Source: an uncultured Acidobacteriota bacterium | GTDB lineage: Bacteria > Acidobacteriota > UBA6911 | DNA: 64,000 nt | Reading direction: 5' to 3' | NCBI GenBank assembly: GCA_963843575.1 | Contig: CAWJKZ010000025.1 | Span: 128,001 to 192,000 of the forward strand | Shown here: piece by piece, positions 57,753 through 64,000 of the stretch | Numbering within the stretch: position 1 is the first letter of the stretch | Layout of the letters: each line of letters opens with the position of its first letter | The notes under the pieces: generated by a model | Seen by the model: the letters and a program-made list of their open reading frames with translations, nothing else | What the model was told of the DNA's origin: nothing | The model's database searches: none | Translations under genes and position numbers: made by a program

Positions 57753-60700
57753 TCAGTTCTGGGGCGGGACGCTGGCCAGCTGCGAGAAGGTTTCGGTGAA
57801 GAAGAGTTCGAAACCGAGCAGGCCGTAGTCCGTGTCCACCTCGACGTGCCCGCTGGCCAGCGGCAAGGTCTGGGTGAAAAAGCCGGCTCCCGTGACGGGG
57901 TGACTCAGCATTTTGGCCACCTTCTCGCCCGGCCCGAGCGTCTGCCGCGTCTCGGCGACCTTGACCCCGGCGCCGTCATACACGCTCAAGGTGTATTTCA
58001 CGGTGGTCCTGAAGGGGTTCAACAGACCTATCCCGGTCAGGTAGCTTTCACCCGAACCCGCCGGAACCTGGTGGGCGATATGGGAGAAGACCAGGTGCTG
58101 CCGCGGCACCGAGTCCGCCGGGACGACCGCCGCCGACCGGTTCCCGCCGTCGTCGTAGACGAATTGCGTAAACCCTTCCACGCCCGGCACGTTGCTCTCG
58201 ACGACGATATACGGGGCAACGAGGGGACCGGGCCTGATCCCGAACAGCGAGCCGACGGATTCCAGCAGTTGCGCCCCGGCGGCGAGTTCCGCCTGCACGG
58301 GGGCGCCGAGCATCCGGCCGGTGTTGTCGTAGGCCGCGAGGGTGACGGCGGCCGCCGACCCGCTCGAATTCACGAGCCCGATGAGGCTCGTGAAACCCCC
58401 GTTCACCGCTACGTGGGGAAAAAACAGGCGCGCTTCGGATCCCGGGGCGACGGCGTTCAGGACGGAGACCACGGGGGATTTCCCGAACATCTCGATGGCC
58501 GAGACCGGCCGGTCGGATTCGAGGTGGATGTAACCTGAAGAAGCCGTAAGGTTTTCGAAGCTGAACACGAACTGCCCTTTGGGAGGCACCGCGGCGGTCC
58601 GGGGAAGATCGAGGGTGGAACCCTGCGAAGACACGAGGCTCGCCTTCACGTTGGCCGTGTTGACGCCGGGGTTGAACACCGCATAGGTTGCCTTCCCGGT
58701 CGCATCGAAAAGGTGCCTCACGAGATACAGGTCCTCGCCCGTCTGGTCGGTGGCGATGGTGCCGTCCGCGAACCGGCTGAAGTCCGTGTCGAAGAGCAGG
58801 AAGAATCCCGCCAGGGGCCAAGGTGCGCTCGCCAGCGCGCCGCCGGACAGCGTGGTCGACGCGTTGAATCCGAAAAGCTGGAAGCCGAGTATCGGGACCT
58901 GCGCGCCCGCGGCCAGGGACCGGGTCGACGGGTTGGTCGAACCGGGAAGCAGCGCCCCGGCGGGGTCATAGGCAACGAACTCGGCCGCCACGGCCGCGTC
59001 GCTGTCGTTGGTGGCGGCGAAGCCGGTGGTCACCGAGTCGCCGAGCGCCGTCTGCGTTCCGTTGGCCACGAGCGGGAATATCAGGGGGAAGGCGGAGCCG
59101 GCCTCCGAGGCCCCCATGTCCACCCGCCCATCTCCGGGCAGCGCCGACGCCGTGGCAACGCGCAGGTGCCCGCCGAAGTCGAGGAACGGAAGGTCGGCAA
59201 CCGCGTTGCTGCCCGCATCCAGGGCAGGCGAACCCGCGCCAGGCGTGAAGTTGTCGGCATCGGGGCCGACGAACTTCGGGTCACCCGTGGCGTTGCCGTT
59301 GCTCCCCGCGAAGGTCCCGGTCCCGATGAGGGAGTACTGCACGTTGGCCTGGCTCAGGCCCTGAAGGTCGCCTCCGGAATTTGAGGCGACGATCGAGTTC
59401 TGGACGTCGGCAGTGGCCGCCGCGCTCACGTTGACGCCGAGCCCCCGGTTGCCGTAGACGGTATTGTTCACGATCCTCACTGCGCTGCTGCCTGCCGCTT
59501 GAATCCCGTCACCGAGGCTCGCGTCGGTCGACCGCACGACGATGTTGTTGGTGAGCAGCGCGGAAGATGACCCGGTGAAACGCATGCCCCGGCCGTTGTC
59601 TTCCACGAGGTTTCCGTCAAAGACGATTCCGCGCCCCGGGTTGGCCAGGACACCGTAGACGTTACCGCGCACGGTGTTGCCGCTGACCCGCGTTTCGATG
59701 GACGGGGCGGTGAAGTTGCCGTCGAAAAACCCCATCGCGGCACGTTCGTTCCCGTCGAACAGGTTGTTGCTGATCGTGAAGGTGCTGTCTGAGATCTCGA
59801 AGCCGTCCCCATAGATCCCGCGATTACGCGCGAACGTGTTGCCGTCGATCGTGCCGGAACACGTGTCGACAAAGAGCCCCGGCCCGGAGTTTTCGGTCAC
59901 GTTCGAGTTGAGGATCTGGACATTGGAGTAGGTGGTGCTTATCCCCCCGCCGCCGTTCTGCTGCACGGTCGAGCCGAGCACCGTGAGGTAGGCCCCGTCG
60001 ACCTTAATCCCGGTCCCGGCGGAATTCTGCACCGTCGACTTGGTGATGTAGACCCCGCCTCCGGACTCGGCGAAGATCGCGGCCGAAGTCGAGTCCGTGC
60101 TTTCCGAAACGGTGCACTGATCGACGGTGACGGAGGTCGGGACGCCGGTCGACGGCTGGCTGATCAGGACCCCAACCGGGGCGCCTCTGATGGTCAGCCC
60201 CTGCAGGAGCACATCCCTGGAACCCAGGATCCGAACGACCGCGTCCGAGCTCGAACTCCCGTCGAGCACGGGCGTCTGTCCCTGGGCGGCGCGTATCGTG
60301 ATCCCGTCCAGCGGCAGGCCCTCGTCGTTGGTTCTGACGAGGAGTTCCGTCGGATAGGTCCGGCTGTCGGATATCTCGATGACGTTGCCGGGGCGCGCCG
60401 AACGGACGGCGGCTGCGAGGGTGGAGAAGGCATTCCCCGCACCCTGGCCGGTCGTCAGGATGCGCGACGCGTCGCGCACGTACAATCCGGCCCAGTACGG
60501 GATCCTGTACACCGTCGATGTCGCCGCGCTCCGCACCAGCACGAACCCCTGAAACCCGCGCGAAGCCGGAGCCGTGACCTGCAGGGTGAGGTCGACCGTG
60601 GCCGAAGCGCCGGGAGCGACCGGGCCTGTTTCGGTGCGGCTGAGCGTCGCCGCCGCACCGTCAATCAGCGGAGCGACCGTGACCGTGAACTGGTCTGTGC

Positions 60701-62762
60701 GCGACGAGATGTTGGTGATCGCGAAGGTGCGGGTCAGGCTCAGCGTGTCCTGGTACTGCTGCACTCCGAAATTCAGCGCCGACGCCGAGAACCACGCTTG
60801 CGCGGAGGCGGCGGCTCCCATGTCGAGCAACCCGCTCCCAGTCTGCAGGATATCCGCGGCGTTGGACCCGTCGACCGTGAGGCCCTGGCTTGCGGTGCTG
60901 GTGAGGATGGACTTGATCGCCTGCGGACCAAGCGATGGGAACAACCCCTTCACCGCCGCCGCCGCGCCCGCGACCATCGGGGAGGAAAAGCTGGTCCCCT
61001 GCGCGCTAGTGAAGCGCTGAAGGCTGTAAAGCTCCCCGTTCGGGTTGTTCGCCTGGGCGGCGGAATAGATGTCCACGCCCACGGCCACAAGGTCGGGCTT
61101 GAGGCTGAAATCCGTTCCGGGCCCGACGGCACTGAAGTCCGAGATGATCCGGGCCTGGGTCGGCACCGCGGAAATGGAGGATACGCTTTCGATCGAGACC
61201 CTGACGGCGCCGGGATTCGCCGCGACGAAATCCCTGAGCGCGAGGCCGGAGGCGGTGGTGATCATGACGGCCGGTATCGAAGTCGAGCCGAGCCCGGACA
61301 TCGTGATGGTACCGCCGGAGGCCACGTTGTTGTAGACCACGACGGCGACCGCGCCGGCGGCGGAGGCATTGCTGACCTTGGTCACGAAAGTGCAGGCCGA
61401 TTCCACCCCTCCCCGCTGCACCAGGGCGATGCTCGAAGCGAGAGAGCCGCTGGCGAAGGCGGAGCAGCCATAGCCGTTTCCGTCGAGTGCGGCGACGTTG
61501 ACGAGGCGCGTCGCCGGGATGCTGGTCGTAACCTGAGGCCCGTCGCTCGAGGCATAAGGCAAGATCGCCAGGTCGGAGGGGACCGGCGCAGGAGCGGTGA
61601 CGTGCAAGGGCGCAGCCAGCTTCCGGGAGTTGCTGACCGAACCCACCGTTACGACCTCCGGGATGGTCCCCGGGCTGCTCACGGTATGAGTCTCCGGTCC
61701 TTCATTGCCGGCCGCGGCGACCACCACTACGCCCGCGGCGATGGCGTTCCGCACCGTATCGTATTCGGCATTCTCAGAGGGGGGGAGATAGTCGAGGGAG
61801 CCGAAGCTGAGATTCAACACGTCCATGCCGTCCGCCACGGCGCCGTCTATGGCCGCTACGATGGCGCTCGTGGTGGCCGAATCGTTGATCCCCGGCGTCC
61901 CGAAGATCTTGTAGCTTCCGAGATATGCCCCCGGCGCCATCCCGGAGATGGTCGCATTGGGCGCTGTCACCTGTTTCCCCGCCGCCACGCCGGCTACAAA
62001 CGAACCGTGCCCCCCTTCGTCGATCGCCGTCTGCACCGACTGCGTCCTGGCGAGCAGGTGGACGTAGTTGCGCGCGACAATCACCTTGCTGTTGGTGAAG
62101 GCAGACTCGCCTTTCGGATAGCCCGAGGGGGCCGAAAGCGAACTGTCGATGAACATCGGGTTTGTGATGTCGATGCCCGAATCGATGATCCCGATCTTGA
62201 CGCCCTTCCCGGCGTTCGCCCGGCCGCCCGCTGCGGTCCACAGCGCGGACGCGTTCACCAGCCCGGCCGCGGCATCCAGCAACTTGCGGTACGGTCGGGA
62301 GAAGTAGACTTTCCGGACGCCCGGGAGTTTCCGCACCTCGCTGTATTTTTCCAGCGGCACCCGCGCGATCAGCGCGTTCATGACGACGTCGGTGGAACCT
62401 TCGATCGACACGCCGGGGATGTTCGTCAGGGCGCGGACCACCGAGGCCTGCTCCCTGGCGAGCCGCGACCGATGGGTGACGGCCTGCGCGGACTGCAAGT
62501 TCAGCCTGCGCCCGGCGCCAAGGGTCTGAGCTTGCCGCATCCCGCCGCCCGCCCGCATCCACTCCACGACCGACGGTGATTCCAGCCGTATGACGAGCTG
62601 CAGATCGCTTGTCCCGGGGATCGCCATCCGGGCAAGCGCCCTGGAAGGGGCGCGCTCTTCCGTGGTCTGCGGCGCAGCCGCGGCCCAGGAAACGAGCGCG
62701 AGGAACACGACAACGGACACGGAGGCGCGACACGAGGGTCTTGTTTTCATCTTCTTTTCCAT
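57753..62762 (-). CDS. S8 subtilase (Vpr-like) with I9 and PA domains, right-handed beta-helix and four C-terminal repeats
   Basis: Catalytic triad IIDSGID, GHGSFVAG, GTSFSSP; PA domain (IALVQRG...C.FVTK); parallel beta-helix repeats; signal peptide. Confidence 0.93.
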   Translation of the reverse strand: MEKKMKTRPSCRASVSVVVFLALVSWAAAAPQTTEERAPSRALARMAIPGTSDLQLVIRLESPSVVEWMRAGGGMRQAQTLGAGRRLNLQSAQAVTHRSRLAREQASVVRALTNIPGVSIEGSTDVVMNALIARVPLEKYSEVRKLPGVRKVYFSRPYRKLLDAAAGLVNASALWTAAGGRANAGKGVKIGIIDSGIDITNPMFIDSSLSAPSGYPKGESAFTNSKVIVARNYVHLLARTQSVQTAIDEGGHGSFVAGVAAGKQVTAPNATISGMAPGAYLGSYKIFGTPGINDSATTSAIVAAIDGAVADGMDVLNLSFGSLDYLPPSENAEYDTVRNAIAAGVVVVAAAGNEGPETHTVSSPGTIPEVVTVGSVSNSRKLAAPLHVTAPAPVPSDLAILPYASSDGPQVTTSIPATRLVNVAALDGNGYGCSAFASGSLASSIALVQRGGVESACTFVTKVSNASAAGAVAVVVYNNVASGGTITMSGLGSTSIPAVMITTASGLALRDFVAANPGAVRVSIESVSSISAVPTQARIISDFSAVGPGTDFSLKPDLVAVGVDIYSAAQANNPNGELYSLQRFTSAQGTSFSSPMVAGAAAAVKGLFPSLGPQAIKSILTSTASQGLTVDGSNAADILQTGSGLLDMGAAASAQAWFSASALNFGVQQYQDTLSLTRTFAITNISSRTDQFTVTVAPLIDGAAATLSRTETGPVAPGASATVDLTLQVTAPASRGFQGFVLVRSAATSTVYRIPYWAGLYVRDASRILTTGQGAGNAFSTLAAAVRSARPGNVIEISDSRTYPTELLVRTNDEGLPLDGITIRAAQGQTPVLDGSSSSDAVVRILGSRDVLLQGLTIRGAPVGVLISQPSTGVPTSVTVDQCTVSESTDSTSAAIFAESGGGVYITKSTVQNSAGTGIKVDGAYLTVLGSTVQQNGGGGISTTYSNVQILNSNVTENSGPGLFVDTCSGTIDGNTFARNRGIYGDGFEISDSTFTISNNLFDGNERAAMGFFDGNFTAPSIETRVSGNTVRGNVYGVLANPGRGIVFDGNLVEDNGRGMRFTGSSSALLTNNIVVRSTDASLGDGIQAAGSSAVRIVNNTVYGNRGLGVNVSAAATADVQNSIVASNSGGDLQGLSQANVQYSLIGTGTFAGSNGNATGDPKFVGPDADNFTPGAGSPALDAGSNAVADLPFLDFGGHLRVATASALPGDGRVDMGASEAGSAFPLIFPLVANGTQTALGDSVTTGFAATNDSDAAVAAEFVAYDPAGALLPGSTNPSTRSLAAGAQVPILGFQLFGFNASTTLSGGALASAPWPLAGFFLLFDTDFSRFADGTIATDQTGEDLYLVRHLFDATGKATYAVFNPGVNTANVKASLVSSQGSTLDLPRTAAVPPKGQFVFSFENLTASSGYIHLESDRPVSAIEMFGKSPVVSVLNAVAPGSEARLFFPHVAVNGGFTSLIGLVNSSGSAAAVTLAAYDNTGRMLGAPVQAELAAGAQLLESVGSLFGIRPGPLVAPYIVVESNVPGVEGFTQFVYDDGGNRSAAVVPADSVPRQHLVFSHIAHQVPAGSGESYLTGIGLLNPFRTTVKYTLSVYDGAGVKVAETRQTLGPGEKVAKMLSHPVTGAGFFTQTLPLASGHVEVDTDYGLLGFELFFTETFSQLASVPPQN

Positions 62763-62996
62763 CCGGGAGCGAAAAACGGGCTCCTTACTTGGTCACATAC
62801 GTAACACCCGGGCATTTGCTACAGCATAGATATCACGTCCGGGCGCCGTCCGGGCAACGCGATCAAATATCGTTTTTGACCCCGCGTCTCCAAATCGGCT
62901 AGGATTACGCAAACGCGGGCCGCCGCCTTCCAGGGCGCCCGGATGGAATCGGGTTCAATTAACTGCTGATCGCTGCATGCTCGGGCTGGAGGCTTT

Positions 62997-64000
62997 ATGT
63001 TGATCGGGATTCCCCAGGAGACGTTTCCCGGTGAACGGCGCGTCGCGCTGGTACCCGCGGTTATCCCAAGCCTGAAAAAGGCCGGCTTCGACGTCCTGGT
63101 GCAGTCGGGCGCCGGCGCCGAGGCCGGCTACACCGACGCCTCGTACCAGGACAAAGGCGCCGCTATTGCGCCGGCGCGGGCAGACGTGTTCCGGCAGGCG
63201 GACGTGGTGTTGCAGGTCCTGGGCTACGGCTCCAACGACAGGACGGGCCGCGACGATCTCGCCCTGCTCCGGCCCGGCCAGGTGCTGATCGGGTTCATGC
63301 GGCCCCTGGGAACCGTCCAGACCATCCAGGAGCTGGCGGCGACGGGTGCGACGGTCTTCTCCATCGAGCTGATGCCGCGCATCACCCGCGCCCAGAGCAT
63401 GGACGCGCTGTCGTCGATGGCGACCATCTGCGGCTACAAGGCGGTGCTGCTGGCCGCCGACACGCTGCCGCGCGTCTTCCCGATGCTCACCACCGCGGCC
63501 GGCACCATCACACCGGCGCGCGTTTTCGTCATCGGGGCCGGCGTCGTCGGGCTCCAGGCGATCGCCACCGCCAGGCGTCTGGGTGCGGTCGTGTCGGCCT
63601 ACGACGTCCGCGCCGCTTCCAAGGAGCAGGTGCAGAGCGTGGGCGGCCGTTTCGTCGAGCTGCCGATCGAGGCCGAGGATGCCGAGGACCGGCGCGGGTA
63701 CGCCAAAGCCCAGGACGAAGGCTTCTACCAGCGCCAGCGCGAACTGCTCGGACGCGTCGTCGCCGAGAGCGACGTCGTCATCACCGCCGCCGTCGTGCCC
63801 GGCCGCAAGTCGCCCGTGCTGGTCACCCGGGAGATGGTTCAGAAGATGGCGCCCGGCTCCGTGATCGTCGACTGCGGCCTCGGAGCGCGGGGGCAACTGC
63901 GAACTGACGCGGCCCGGCCAGCTCGCGGTGGAGTACGGCGTCACCCTGATCGGCTACATCAACCTGGCCAGCACCGTCCCCTATCACGCCAGCCAGATGT
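62997..64000 (+). CDS. pntA: NAD(P) transhydrogenase subunit alpha (partial; frameshift near 63874)
   Basis: Not in the ORF track. MLIGIPQETFPGERRVALVP, PRITRAQSMDALSSM, FPMLTTAAGT, GAGVVGLQAI, GYAK; after the shift ERGGNCELT. Confidence 0.93.
   Translation, partial: MLIGIPQETFPGERRVALVPAVIPSLKKAGFDVLVQSGAGAEAGYTDASYQDKGAAIAPARADVFRQADVVLQVLGYGSNDRTGRDDLALLRPGQVLIGFMRPLGTVQTIQELAATGATVFSIELMPRITRAQSMDALSSMATICGYKAVLLAADTLPRVFPMLTTAAGTITPARVFVIGAGVVGLQAIATARRLGAVVSAYDVRAASKEQVQSVGGRFVELPIEAEDAEDRRGYAKAQDEGFYQRQRELLGRVVAESDVVITAAVVPGRKSPVLVTREMVQKMAPGSVIVDCGLGARGQLRTDAARPARGGVRRHPDRLHQPGQHRPLSRQPD

Overview
GC-rich bacterial chromosomal window, most likely Acidobacteriota (inferred from gene-family content, not from a marker gene). 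It carries about 45 protein genes and no rRNA, tRNA, CRISPR array or transposase that I can see. Eight otherwise intact genes carry 1-bp frameshifts, mostly in short homopolymers, which points to long-read consensus error. The strongest hidden signal is an unannotated selenoprotein: two same-frame ORFs (19480-19280 and 19267-18059, minus strand) are joined by an in-frame UGA in a P-C-G-U motif followed by a SECIS-like hairpin. The product is a 473-aa membrane-anchored protein with a degenerate UshA-like domain and a tetraheme cytochrome c domain, next to a D-cysteine desulfhydrase-family gene. Other notable modules: a ParB-like protein coupled to an atypical spore-photoproduct-lyase-family radical SAM enzyme; a corrinoid protein/DUF1638/RACo operon with no methyltransferase; a Tat-less molybdoenzyme with a fused ferredoxin-NrfD partner; a cfa-like methyltransferase plus geranylgeranyl-reductase-like pair; a surface protein with an integrin-beta-like module; a two-copy MITE; REP-like repeats; and a candidate two-hairpin sRNA.
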